Below are positions 1 through 11,492 of a DNA stretch of 64,000 nucleotides, one piece after another (within the stretch, counting starts at the first letter, position 1; the number at the start of each line of letters is the position of its first letter). The position numbers and the translations under genes are program-made. Below the pieces are notes generated by a model. It made no database searches. It was not told the DNA's origin and saw only the letters and a program-made list of their open reading frames with translations. Origin of the DNA: Myxococcales bacterium (GTDB lineage Bacteria > Myxococcota_A > UBA9042 > JABWCM01 > BTVJ01). The stretch lies in contig BTVJ01000001.1 of NCBI GenBank assembly GCA_045863395.1, forward strand, positions 128,001 to 192,000, written 5' to 3'.

Positions 1-425
1 CGGGTTACACGACAGTGCGACGAGAGATGCGCTACGGGGAGTCGAGCCGCTGTGACCTCTGCTTGCTCGACGACACACGCCCGCCGTGTTGGGTGGAGGT
101 CAAGAACGTCACCCTCGTCGAAGGGCGCACCGCGCTGTTTCCCGACGCCGTGACCGCGCGCGGCACCCGCCACCTCGGCGAGCTCACTGCGCAGGTGGCT
201 GCCGGCTGCCGAGCCGCGATGCTCTACGTCGTCCAGCGGACGGACGCGGAGGCCGTCGCGCCGGCGGACCGGGTGGACCCCGCCTATGGCCACGCGCTGA
301 GGAGCGCGGCGGCTGGCGGTGTCGAGCTGTACGCCATCCAGGTTCGCCCGACACCCGAGGGTCTGGTCATCGAGCGGTGTCTTCCCGTGACAACTCCGCT
401 GTTGAAACATGGGACCGATGCGTGA
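1..425 (+). CDS. sfsA: DNA/RNA nuclease SfsA (sugar fermentation stimulation protein A), 5'-truncated by window edge
   Basis: Motifs SRCDLCL, WVEVKNVTL, FPDAVTARG.RHL and DPAY match the SfsA C-terminal PD-(D/E)xK domain. The frame is open from position 3. Confidence 0.9.
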   Translation, partial: GYTTVRREMRYGESSRCDLCLLDDTRPPCWVEVKNVTLVEGRTALFPDAVTARGTRHLGELTAQVAAGCRAAMLYVVQRTDAEAVAPADRVDPAYGHALRSAAAGGVELYAIQVRPTPEGLVIERCLPVTTPLLKHGTDA

Positions 426-1602
426 GATAGATCAGGCGATTCAGGGGGCTCCTGACATCAGAAGGCCGCCCAGTTGGGCGACAGGTGAAAAATTGACGAA
501 CTCGACCAGGATTGCCACGCCAGATTCCCTGACCCGACTCACTGCCGCGGCAGTCGACGCCTTCGAGGCGCGTCGCAACGCTCTGCTTGCGGACGCCGCG
601 CGGCGGATGATGGAGCGGGACGACATCGCCGCCCTCTCTGGCGACGCTCCAGCCCGCGCCCTGCTCGACAGCCACCGTCAACACGCCGCACTGCTGCGAA
701 GCACGCTGGCCGGCGGGGACGCGGATCTGCTGGCGCGCGTGCTGCCCTGGGCCTACAGGGCGCTGCACGCCAAGGGGCTGTCCTATGACTTCCTCGGGGA
801 GCAGCTCGCATGCTGGCAGCAGACGGTCCAGCAACAGATGGTCGCGGAGCACGCGGCGCCAATCCTCTCGCTGTACACCTGGCTGCGCGCCATCCACCCC
901 CAGGTGGCGGCCGCCGCCGAGAAGCTGCCAGCGCCACGCCGGTCAGACTCCACGACGGACGGGGCGCGCGCCAAGCTCTTCGCCGGGCTGCTGGAGGGGC
1001 GCGCCGACCGCTGTCTGGCCGTGGGTGAGCAGTTCACCGCCACCGCCGCGGACCTGACCACGTTTCTGACCCATGTGGTTCAGCCGACCATCGTCGACGT
1101 AGGGAAGCTCGCCGAGCACGGTCAGCTCACCGCCGCGCGTGAGAGACGCGCGGCGAACATCCTGTCCCAGACCCTCTCGGTCCTCTATACGCGCGTGGTC
1201 GTGCCCGACGGCCGCGTGGGCCTCGCCATCGTGGCAACCGCGGTGCGCGACGCGCGTGATCGGCCCGACTGGATGATGGCGACGTTCCTCGAGGCCGACG
1301 GCTGGCGGGTCACGTGTGTCGATGGCGGCTCGCCGGCAGACACTCTCAGCATGACGGTGCGGGACCTCCGCCCGCACCTGCTGACCATCCCGATGACCGG
1401 ACCCCACGAGGTGGCTGCCGTCGCGAAGGCCATCAAATCCGTGCGCTCCCACAACAAGGCGCGCGCTCCTCAGATCCTGGTCGGCGGCATGGGCATGCAC
1501 GTGCCTCAGGGCGATCTGGACAGCCTGGGCGCCGACGCCATCTCGACGGACTACCAGGACGCCGTCCTGACCGCTCGCCGCCTGCTGAATATCGCCGCCT
1601 GA
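409..1602 (+). CDS. Cobalamin-binding-fold protein (helical N-domain, four-helix cap, Rossmann B12-binding domain) with degenerate ligands; start uncertain
   Basis: Segments VVQP.IVDVGKL..GQLT, MMATFLEADGWRV, ILVGG and LGADA fit the CarH/MetH-type B12 module, but the ExHxxG and W-x9-EH motifs are altered. Confidence 0.7.
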   Translation: MGPMREIDQAIQGAPDIRRPPSWATGEKLTNSTRIATPDSLTRLTAAAVDAFEARRNALLADAARRMMERDDIAALSGDAPARALLDSHRQHAALLRSTLAGGDADLLARVLPWAYRALHAKGLSYDFLGEQLACWQQTVQQQMVAEHAAPILSLYTWLRAIHPQVAAAAEKLPAPRRSDSTTDGARAKLFAGLLEGRADRCLAVGEQFTATAADLTTFLTHVVQPTIVDVGKLAEHGQLTAARERRAANILSQTLSVLYTRVVVPDGRVGLAIVATAVRDARDRPDWMMATFLEADGWRVTCVDGGSPADTLSMTVRDLRPHLLTIPMTGPHEVAAVAKAIKSVRSHNKARAPQILVGGMGMHVPQGDLDSLGADAISTDYQDAVLTARRLLNIAA

Positions 1603-1628
1603 TCCCCCGGCCGAGGGGCCGGCGGTCG

Positions 1629-3260
1629 TCACGCCCTCTCTGAGAAGTGCGCCTCCAGGACCGCCCGCGCCGTCTCGACGCCGTCGATCGCGCTGGACAC
1701 GATGCCGCCCGCCCAGCCCGCCCCCTCGCCGGTCGGGTAGAGGCCCGGCAAGGACGTCGACTGGCGGTCCGGACCACGCAGGATCCGCACGGGCGTCGAT
1801 GTCGTGGTCTCGACTCCCACCAGCACTGCCTCGTTGGTCAGGAACCCGCGCAGCGAGCGGTCGAGCTGGCGGGCGCCCGCGCGCAGTGCCTCGACGACGG
1901 GCCCGGGCAGCGTCCCGCCGAGGTCCGCCGGAGTCAGCCCGGGCCGATAGCTCACACGCCGCGGCAGGTCGGCGCTCGGCCGCCCCGCCACGAAGTCGGC
2001 CAGTCGCTGTGCGGGCGCCCGGTAGCCCCCCCCTCCGAGGCGGTACGCCCGCGCCTCCCACTCGCGCTGGAACGCGATGCCTGCCAAGGCCCCGTGGGCT
2101 GCCAGATCCCCGGGAGCCTCAATCCAGAAGTCCGCAGGCTCCACGGTGACCACCAGCGCCGCGTTGGCCCAGGGGGAGCCCCGGTTCGAGTTGCTCATGC
2201 CGTTGACGTTCAGGTGATCGAGCTCGGTGGGGGTCGGGATGATGTAGCCGCCCGGGCACATGCAGAAGCTGTAGACGCCGCGGTCGCCGACCCGGCACGA
2301 CAGGAAGTACTCCGCGGCCTCGACCCCGGGGGCGCGCCGCACTGGGCCGAGCTGCACCTCGTCGATGAGCGCCTGGGGGTGCTCGACCCGGGCGCCGATG
2401 GCGAAGGGCTTGGGCAGGAGCGCCACCCCCTGCGCCGCGAGCTCCCGGTAGGTCTCCCGCGCGCTGTGGCCCATGGCGAGGATCACCGGCGCCCCGCGCA
2501 GCTCCTCGCCGCCCGCGAGGACCACCCCACAGGCAGCTCCGTGCTCCAGCAGCAGCCGGTCGACCCGCGCCTGGAAGCGGACCTCCACGCCCCGGTCGAT
2601 GAGCCAGGCCCGCAGGGCCTCGAGGATGGCGTAGAGGCGGTTGGTCCCGATGTGCGGGTGCGCAGCGGTCAGGATGTCGCGGGTCCCGCCGAAGGCGACG
2701 AGGCGCTCGTAGACGTGGCGCACGAGCGGGTGGTGCTTGCGTGTGTAGAGCTTGCCGTCCGAGTAGGTGCCCGCGCCGCCCTCCCCGAAGCAGAGGTTGG
2801 ACTCGGGGTCCAGCTCGCCCTTGCGGCGGAACCGGCGCACGTCCAGGTGGCGCTCCGAGAGCTGCTTGCCGCGGTCCAGCAGGATGGACGGGACGCCCCG
2901 CTCTGCCAGCGTGAGGGCGGCGAAGAGCCCCGCGGGCCCCGTGCCGACGATGATCGGGCGCTCCCCGCGGTGCGGCGCCCGAACGAGCGGTGGCGCGGTC
3001 CCGAAGTCCGGCAGCAGGCGCGCCTCGGCGTCCGCCAGGGCGGCAGCGCGGGCGGCCTCCTCCCCGACCCGCCACACGGTCGCCGAGCACACCCACCGGG
3101 GCTGGTGACGCTTGCGCGCATCCAGGGAGCGCCGCGTCAGGTCCGCACCGAGGAGCGCCGCCGCCCGCACTCCGAGGCGCGCCGCCGCCGCTCGCAGCAG
3201 CGCCTCGTCCAGGTCCTCGAACCCGAGAGGGATCTCCAGGCCGTTCAGGTGCTCAGGCAT
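1629..3260 (-). CDS. FAD-dependent oxidoreductase (uncharacterised FAD-dependent dehydrogenase family)
   Basis: IIVGTGPAGL Rossmann motif, FGEGGAGTYSDGKL, FCMCPGG, VNGMS, GEGAGWAGGIVSSAIDG. The ATG at 3260 overlaps the mutY stop. Confidence 0.88.
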   Translation of the reverse strand: MPEHLNGLEIPLGFEDLDEALLRAAAARLGVRAAALLGADLTRRSLDARKRHQPRWVCSATVWRVGEEAARAAALADAEARLLPDFGTAPPLVRAPHRGERPIIVGTGPAGLFAALTLAERGVPSILLDRGKQLSERHLDVRRFRRKGELDPESNLCFGEGGAGTYSDGKLYTRKHHPLVRHVYERLVAFGGTRDILTAAHPHIGTNRLYAILEALRAWLIDRGVEVRFQARVDRLLLEHGAACGVVLAGGEELRGAPVILAMGHSARETYRELAAQGVALLPKPFAIGARVEHPQALIDEVQLGPVRRAPGVEAAEYFLSCRVGDRGVYSFCMCPGGYIIPTPTELDHLNVNGMSNSNRGSPWANAALVVTVEPADFWIEAPGDLAAHGALAGIAFQREWEARAYRLGGGGYRAPAQRLADFVAGRPSADLPRRVSYRPGLTPADLGGTLPGPVVEALRAGARQLDRSLRGFLTNEAVLVGVETTTSTPVRILRGPDRQSTSLPGLYPTGEGAGWAGGIVSSAIDGVETARAVLEAHFSERA

Positions 3261-4386
3261 CCACACTCCCCGCCTCTGCGGGCGTCGACTGGTCCACGGC
3301 GACGGCCAGCGCCTTACGGGTCATGGACGCGACGCCAAGCCCGGTGAGCTCCCCCGCGGTCACCCACCGGTGCGCAACCCAAGGCGACGCCACCTGCGGC
3401 TCGCCGCCGAGGGTAGCGCCGTGGACCGCGATTCGCAGGCGCCGGTGGGAGAGCACGTGCTCGAAGGCGCCCACCCGACCGCCGAGTTCCACCGGCGCCC
3501 CGAGCCCCGCGGCGAGGGCGACCGCCACCGGAACCTGCTCCGGCGTGCGCTCGAGGCGTGGCGGGTGCTGGGGGAGCTGCCACAGCCCTCCGAAGAGACC
3601 CGCCCCGTCGTTCTGGACGAGCAGCACCCGCCCAGCCCGCCGAAAGAACGCCGCGACCACATCGACTACCACCGGCGGCGCGGCCCGCCCTTTGACGGGG
3701 CGCTCCATGACGGTCCCCCGCGCCAAGGCGAGACAGCGCGCCGCGACGGGGCAGGTAACGCAGCCAGGCGAGCTCGGCGTACACACCAGCGCCCCCAACT
3801 CCATGAGCCCCTCATTGAGGGCCCTGGGCTCCGCGGGCGGCACCAGCGCCCCCGAGAGCGCCCAGAGATGGCGCCGCACTGGTGCCCTGCCCACGTCCCC
3901 TTCCACGTCGAACAGCCGGGACAGCACGCGGATCACGTTGCCGTCGAGCAGCGGCACGGGCACCCCCCACGCGATGGACGCGATGGCCGCCGCCGTGTAC
4001 TCGCCGACGCCCGGCAGCGCCAGGAGCTCTCGCGGGTCCCGGGGGACGACCCCGCCGTGGCGCTCGACCACGAGCCGCGCGCCCGCGTGCAGGTTGCGCG
4101 CCCGGGCGTAGTACCCGAGGCCCGACCAGTGCGCCAGGACGTCGTCGAGGGGGGCCTCCGCGAGGGCCTGCACGGACGGGAAGCGCGCGACGAAGCGCTC
4201 GAAGTAGGGAAGCACCACGTCGAGGCGGGTCTGCTGGGCCATGATCTCTGAGACCCAGACCCGGTACGGGGATGGGTCCTCGCGCCAGGGGAACGAGCGC
4301 CGGGAGGCGAGAAACCACGCGACGATGGCGTCGCGGAGCGCGCGTCTCGTGTCAGGGTCGGGCAGCGGGTACGCAATGGGGGCCAT
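3253..4386 (-). CDS. mutY: A/G-specific adenine glycosylase MutY
   Basis: PWR...PYRVWVSEIMAQQT, WSGLGYYARARNL, HhH motif LPGVGEYTA, LDGNV.RV, Fe-S motif C-x6-C-x2-C-x5-C and a NUDIX-like C-domain. Confidence 0.96.
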   Translation of the reverse strand: MAPIAYPLPDPDTRRALRDAIVAWFLASRRSFPWREDPSPYRVWVSEIMAQQTRLDVVLPYFERFVARFPSVQALAEAPLDDVLAHWSGLGYYARARNLHAGARLVVERHGGVVPRDPRELLALPGVGEYTAAAIASIAWGVPVPLLDGNVIRVLSRLFDVEGDVGRAPVRRHLWALSGALVPPAEPRALNEGLMELGALVCTPSSPGCVTCPVAARCLALARGTVMERPVKGRAAPPVVVDVVAAFFRRAGRVLLVQNDGAGLFGGLWQLPQHPPRLERTPEQVPVAVALAAGLGAPVELGGRVGAFEHVLSHRRLRIAVHGATLGGEPQVASPWVAHRWVTAGELTGLGVASMTRKALAVAVDQSTPAEAGSVDA

Positions 4387-4476
4387 GGGCGGAGGACCAT
4401 ATCACAGGCGCTGGCCGCGAGCACACGCCCTCGACCCACCGTTGCATGGCCGCCGGAGGGCGGGCAGGATGGGCCC

Positions 4477-4977
4477 ATGCGCGCTCTGCTCTCAGCACTG
4501 CTATTGGTCGGAGCCTGCCGCTCGGAGCCGCACCCTGCGGACCGCGCGACGACCCCGGAGCACTTGACGCCACGACCATCGCCGACCTCGGCTCCACCGT
4601 CGGGCACGGGCGACACCCTCGACGGAGCAGAGCCGAGGACACCCACCCCACCAGTCGAGGTGCCACGCGACGAGGCCCCCGGCTGCACCATGGAGCGCAT
4701 CCGCGCCGTCGTCGCACCACGGCTCAGCGCCGTGAAGGCCTGCTACCGCGCCGCCGCTCAGGCGGATCCATCGGTGCGGGGGCGCCTGTCCGTAGAGCTG
4801 GGAATCGAGCGGGACGGCCGCCTCCTGAACCGCAGCGTCCACCAAAGTGAGCTGCCCCTCGAGGTGAACGCGTGCGTCATCGCGGCGCTGGAGGGGCTGC
4901 GCTTCCCTGGGCGCTTCGACACGCCCTGCGTCGTGGTCTACCCGTTCGTGTTCTCCGCGGGCCCGGCCGCCCGCTGA
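4477..4977 (+). CDS. Lipoprotein with AgmX/PglI-like (TonB-C-like) C-terminal domain
   Basis: Lipobox LVGAC, Pro-rich linker, then IRAVV...VKACY...GRLSV...C.I..L..LRFP...YPFVF. Confidence 0.75.
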   Translation: MRALLSALLLVGACRSEPHPADRATTPEHLTPRPSPTSAPPSGTGDTLDGAEPRTPTPPVEVPRDEAPGCTMERIRAVVAPRLSAVKACYRAAAQADPSVRGRLSVELGIERDGRLLNRSVHQSELPLEVNACVIAALEGLRFPGRFDTPCVVVYPFVFSAGPAAR

Positions 4978-4991
4978 CCGATCAGCGCCCG

Positions 4992-5141
4992 TCACTGCGA
5001 GGCGTCCACGTCTCCGACCACGTCCCCGGAGCCAGCAGCGTCCGTGGCGGGGCTCCAGCTCGTCACCGTGCGCTCGTCTGCCCCCGGATCGCATGCCCCG
5101 ACCAAGAGCGCGAGGCCGAGCGCCCGCCACAGCCCGATCAC
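4992..5141 (-). CDS. Putative 49-aa small lipoprotein
   Basis: GTG start overlaps the upstream stop (GTGA) and follows AGGAGG. Hydrophobic signal with lipobox LVGAC, then an acidic tail. Confidence 0.5.
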   Translation of the reverse strand: MIGLWRALGLALLVGACDPGADERTVTSWSPATDAAGSGDVVGDVDASQ

Positions 5142-6859
5142 GCCCTCCTCCTGCGCCTGAGCCCCAGGAGCGCGATCCACAGGGCGCCTGCCCCGCCGCC
5201 GGTGGAGCCGCAGCCGCCATCCCCATCGCTGCCCGGGTCCACGGGCGTGGGGACCTCGCCCACATCCTCCCCGCCCGCGTCCTCACCACCCGCCCCTGCG
5301 TCCGGGGCCTCCGCCTGGCAGCTCAGCCCCTCGTCGACGATGCCGTCGCAGTCGTCGTCGAGCCCGTTGCAGGTCTCCTGGTTGCCCGGGTAGAGGTCCT
5401 TGTCGAGTGGCGCACAGTCCCCGATGTCGGGCACCGGGTCGCCATCCTTGTTGGCGTCGCACACGTCGCCGAGACCGTCGCCGTCCGTGTCCAGCTGTTC
5501 GGGGTTGTAGTTGTTCGGGCAGTTGTCCACGACGTCCTTCACGCCGTCCTTGTCCTTGTCGTCCGTGACGCCGCTGGTCTCGTCGCACACGTCCCCGATG
5601 CCATCGCTGTCCGTGTCCTTCTGGTCGAGGTTCGAGTGCTCGGGGCAGTTGTCGCGCAGGTCGGGCACCGTGTCCTTGTCCCCGTCCAGCACCGGATCCA
5701 CCCCGTCCGGCCCGCCGTAGGGACCCATGTCGCTGCGGGTCTTGTCCTTGTCCTTCAGGGTCGGGTCCCCGGCGTCCACCATGGGGCTCTTCGGGGAGTG
5801 CTCGTAGGCCCCGGGAGCACACGAGTCGCTCGCGACGAGCAGCGGGTCGGCCCCGAGAATCACTCCGGTGCCCTCCGGGTCGGGCAGAGCGGCGCCGTCA
5901 CCGTCGACGACGTGCGCGGGGCCATTTCCGTGGAACAGGCTGTACGTGACGGTCATCGTGCCCCCCGCAAGGGAGACGGCCCCACCGTCAACCCCGTCGA
6001 AGACCGCGTTGCGGACTGCGACGTTGGTGGAAGGCCCGACCACGATGCCACCGCCACTCCCGCTCGTGATGCCGATGTTCTGCAACGCCACCGGTCCGCC
6101 CGCTCCGGCGACGCTGGAGAGCCACATGGCCCCACCGGCCGGCGCAGTGCCATCGACGAAGAGGCTGGCAACCACATCGAGCGTGCTCTGCTCCACCGCC
6201 ATCCCCCCGCCGGCCTCGCTGGCCGACCCACCACAGAAGAAGGCCCGCTTGACGCTCACCTCGGCCGTCTCGGCGTAGATCGCGGCGCCCTTGGCTGCCC
6301 CGTTGTCCAGGAACCGGTCCCCGTCGACCAGGAGCTTGCCCGTCTCCACGTAGACCGCCCCGCCGTCCGCCGCGTGATTGCTCGCGAAGGTGTTGCCGAG
6401 GAGCGTGATCTGCGACTGGGCCGCCGCCCAGAGCGCGCCCCCCTGGATGGGCTGCTCCGTGGTGCCGTTGCTCTCGAAGCGGTTGCCCTCCAAGGTCACG
6501 ATGGCGTTGGTGACGCGCACCGCCCCCGCCGCGGCCCCAGAGAACCGGAACCCCCGGATCAGCGTCCCCGCCGCGCCCGGCGACGAGATGGTCAGGATGG
6601 TGGGCGGCCCCGTGACCGTCGTCTTGTCCGGCCCCTCCAGCGCAATGAGCTTGACGATCTTCTTGTCGAGCTTCAGCTCCTCTTCATAGACGCCGGGCCG
6701 CACCTCGATGGTGTCACCATTGGCCGCCGACGCGATCGCCGACGTGATCGACGTGAAGTCGGCCCCGGCCTCGTTCTTCTGGTCGACGACCCAGGTCTTC
6801 GCCGTCGCGACGGACGACAGACAGAGGCCAACTCCGAGCAGCGGAAGCCACGTTCGCAT
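5138..6859 (-). CDS. Surface protein: parallel beta-helix domain, thrombospondin type-3 repeats, Cys/Asp metal-binding motif and MYXO-CTERM-like anchor
   Basis: AGGAGG before the ATG at 6859; signal peptide; DFTSITSAI..A..GDTIEVRPGVYEE; DxDxDG..D..DNCP repeats; C-terminus GGC-x-hydrophobic-RRRRR. Confidence 0.85.
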   Translation of the reverse strand: MRTWLPLLGVGLCLSSVATAKTWVVDQKNEAGADFTSITSAIASAANGDTIEVRPGVYEEELKLDKKIVKLIALEGPDKTTVTGPPTILTISSPGAAGTLIRGFRFSGAAAGAVRVTNAIVTLEGNRFESNGTTEQPIQGGALWAAAQSQITLLGNTFASNHAADGGAVYVETGKLLVDGDRFLDNGAAKGAAIYAETAEVSVKRAFFCGGSASEAGGGMAVEQSTLDVVASLFVDGTAPAGGAMWLSSVAGAGGPVALQNIGITSGSGGGIVVGPSTNVAVRNAVFDGVDGGAVSLAGGTMTVTYSLFHGNGPAHVVDGDGAALPDPEGTGVILGADPLLVASDSCAPGAYEHSPKSPMVDAGDPTLKDKDKTRSDMGPYGGPDGVDPVLDGDKDTVPDLRDNCPEHSNLDQKDTDSDGIGDVCDETSGVTDDKDKDGVKDVVDNCPNNYNPEQLDTDGDGLGDVCDANKDGDPVPDIGDCAPLDKDLYPGNQETCNGLDDDCDGIVDEGLSCQAEAPDAGAGGEDAGGEDVGEVPTPVDPGSDGDGGCGSTGGGAGALWIALLGLRRRRRA

Positions 6860-6893
6860 ACGATCCTCCTTGGATGACACGCGCCAGGGGGGC

Positions 6894-6921
6894 ATTGTAG
6901 GGTCGCGGGCCGCCGATTCAA
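6894..6921 (-). promoter_or_regulatory. Putative sigma-70-type promoter for the MYXO-CTERM gene
   Basis: Minus strand TTGAAT-16 nt-TACAAT, about 35 nt upstream of the start codon. Confidence 0.45.
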
Positions 6922-7403
6922 CTGTCGCCGGCGTCCTCCCCCGAGCCGTCGAGCTGCCGGAACCGCACCCTCCCTCCATCGGGGGTCAGCGCCTCCCACC
7001 GGCCGCCCCCGCCCTCGAGCACCCGCAGGCACCCCTCGATGCCGACCCAGTCGGGGGCCCCCTCCTCGGCCAGCACCCTCCGCACCGCCGGCAGCACCGT
7101 CCGCAAGAGCCGGCTGCCGAGCCACACCTTGCCCCGGTAGCCGGGCACGCCGCGGGCGTAGGGGCAGTCCTGGGCGAGCAGGCCCGCTGCGAGCGCCTCG
7201 TCGGAGGTGTGGCACCAGGGCGCCACCTCCAGCCGCTGCTCGTAGACCCCGCACCGGAACGTCGCGCCGGACCTGAGCAGGTGCTTGCAGTGGAGGCCAG
7301 GCACCGCCACCGCCAACCCGTTGATCGGCACGGCGGCGTGGCAGCTCGTGCCGCACCGCCTGCACAGCGCCTCGTGCACCGGGTCCGTGGTCCCTCGCGA
7401 CAT
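6918..7403 (-). CDS. YcgN/YkgJ-like cysteine-cluster (Zn/Fe-chelating) protein
   Basis: The Cys pattern CRRCGTSCH...HCKHL...CGVYEQR..VAPWC...CPY is typical of CxxCxxCC-family proteins. Confidence 0.65.
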   Translation of the reverse strand: MSRGTTDPVHEALCRRCGTSCHAAVPINGLAVAVPGLHCKHLLRSGATFRCGVYEQRLEVAPWCHTSDEALAAGLLAQDCPYARGVPGYRGKVWLGSRLLRTVLPAVRRVLAEEGAPDWVGIEGCLRVLEGGGGRWEALTPDGGRVRFRQLDGSGEDAGDS

Positions 7404-7601
7404 GCGCCCTACCCTACGCCAAAGGGCGCATCCTGTGCTAGACTCGCCCGCTGGCGGGCGGATGAAACCCCACCGGCTTGACGGTTGAACTCCCGCGCGC
7501 AGTCCTGCGGACACGCGCTGCATGGGCCAACCCTGCGGCCACCGGACGCAGGAGCCCCGCGGGCAGGGGTCCCACGCCGTCCATTCGACGAAAGGCAGGC
7601 G

Positions 7602-7915
7602 ATGTCCGACTCCGAGAACCCGAACGTCGAGCGCGGCCTCGCGACCAAGGATCGCCCCGAGGTCAAGAAGCCGCGCATGTACAAGGTGTTGCTGCACAAT
7701 GACGACTACACCACCATGGAGTTCGTCGTGCACGTCCTGATGCAGTTCTTTCGGAAGAGCGAGACCGAGGCCACGCAGATCATGCTGACCGTCCACCACA
7801 AGGGCGTCGGCGTGGCGGGCGTCTACACGCGGGACACCGCGTCCACCAAGGCGACCCAGGTCATCGAGTACGCGCGCGAGAACCAGATGCCCCTGATCTG
7901 CACCGTGGAGCCAGA

Positions 7916-7919
<4 letters not shown>
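7602..7919 (+). CDS. clpS: ATP-dependent Clp protease adaptor ClpS
   Basis: [41 protein letters not shown] overlap with clpA. Confidence 0.97.
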
Positions 7920-10171
<2,252 letters not shown>

Positions 10172-10211
10172 TCCTGGCCGCTGCCCCCCGAAGCGAGCGG
10201 AGCCCGTTGTT

Positions 10212-10240
10212 TTGACACTGGAACCCCGGGGTGGCATCAT
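10212..10240 (+). promoter_or_regulatory. Putative sigma-70 promoter for pilMNOP
   Basis: TTGACA-17 nt-CATCAT with a TG extension; implies a leader of about 165 nt. Confidence 0.55.
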
Positions 10241-10410
10241 CGCTCGGCATCCGGACGTGCCACCGCCCCGCTGCAGCTCGCGATGCGCTCGGCGGTGGCT
10301 GCGATGTGTTAGAGTGTGTGCGGCTCCTGCGTCATCTTCCCAGTGGCGCGCATCCAGAGGAGGCGCGCTCCCATTGAAGGCGACCTGACCGCCACAGAAG
10401 GGCGATCCGC

Positions 10411-11469
10411 ATGGCGAGTGGCAAGAACGCGATCGGGCTGGACATCGGGTCTTCGTCCATCAAGATCATCCAGCTCAAGGAGACGTCCAAGGGCGTCCAC
10501 CTGCTGAGCTTCGACATGGCGCTCCTCCCGCCTGACGCGGTGGTCGACGGGGCCCTGATGAACTTCACTGCCATCGTCGAGAAGATCCGCGAGCTGTGCG
10601 CGGTGAACAAGATCCGCAACAAGGAGGTGGCCCTGTCGGTCAGCGGCCACAGCGTGATCATACGCAAGATCAGCCTGCCCGAGATGACGCCCGACGAGCT
10701 GGACGAGCAGATCCAGTGGGAGGCCGAGCAGTACATCCCCTTCGACATCAAGGACGTGAACGTCGACGTCCAGATCCTGAACCCCAAGGCGGGCCAGGGC
10801 CAGATGGACGTGCTGCTGGTCGCCGCCAAGAAGGACGTGATCAACGACTACGTCAACGTGGCCAGCGAGGCGGGCCTGCGCTCCGTGATCATGGACGTGG
10901 ACACGTTCACCATCCAGAACATGTTCGAGCTCAACTACGGCTTCCCGCCCAACGAGACCATCGCGCTCATCAACATCGGGGCGTCGGTGATCAACATCAA
11001 CGTCATCGCCAACGGCATGACCACCTTCACGCGCGACATCTCCATGGGCGGGCAGATGCTGACCGAGGAGATCCAGAAGCACCTGAACGTCGGCTATGAG
11101 GAGGCGGAGCACTACAAGACGGGCGGCGAGGGCACGATCAGCTCCTCGTCCATCTATCGCGAGGTGCAGAAGCTGGCGGAGCGGGTCAGCGAGACCCTGG
11201 TCACCGAGATCCAGCGCTCCTTGGATTTCTTCGCGGCGACGACCATCAACGCCGACATCTCCAAGATCTACCTCTCGGGCGGCTCGTCCCAGATCCCCGC
11301 CCTGATCCGCTCCCTGGAGCGCCGGCTGGAGGTCCCGGTGGAGCTGGTCAACCCGTTCAAGAACATCATCATCGATCCGAAGAAGTTTGACCTGGACCTG
11401 CTCCAGCGCATGGCGCCGGCCGCCGCGGTCGCCGTTGGCCTTGGGCTTCGGAGGCATGACGACAAATGA
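10411..11469 (+). CDS. pilM: Type IV pilus assembly protein PilM
   Basis: IGLDIGSSSIK, WEAEQYIPF, VLLVAAKK, INIGA, EIQRSLDFF, LSGGSS, AVAVGLGLR (FtsA/actin-like). Confidence 0.96.
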   Translation: MASGKNAIGLDIGSSSIKIIQLKETSKGVHLLSFDMALLPPDAVVDGALMNFTAIVEKIRELCAVNKIRNKEVALSVSGHSVIIRKISLPEMTPDELDEQIQWEAEQYIPFDIKDVNVDVQILNPKAGQGQMDVLLVAAKKDVINDYVNVASEAGLRSVIMDVDTFTIQNMFELNYGFPPNETIALINIGASVININVIANGMTTFTRDISMGGQMLTEEIQKHLNVGYEEAEHYKTGGEGTISSSSIYREVQKLAERVSETLVTEIQRSLDFFAATTINADISKIYLSGGSSQIPALIRSLERRLEVPVELVNPFKNIIIDPKKFDLDLLQRMAPAAAVAVGLGLRRHDDK

Positions 11470-11492
11470 TCGGGATGGTCGGGATGCTGGCG

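Noticed and set aside
1606..1623. CCGGCC-gagg-GGCCGG hairpin between convergent genes as an intrinsic terminator
   Set aside because: The stem is short, lies in a GC-rich background and has no U-tract on either strand.
5330..5700. Repeated DNA motifs that might be a CRISPR array or DNA repeat
   Set aside because: They are protein-level thrombospondin type-3 repeats within a CDS, with no identical repeat-spacer structure.
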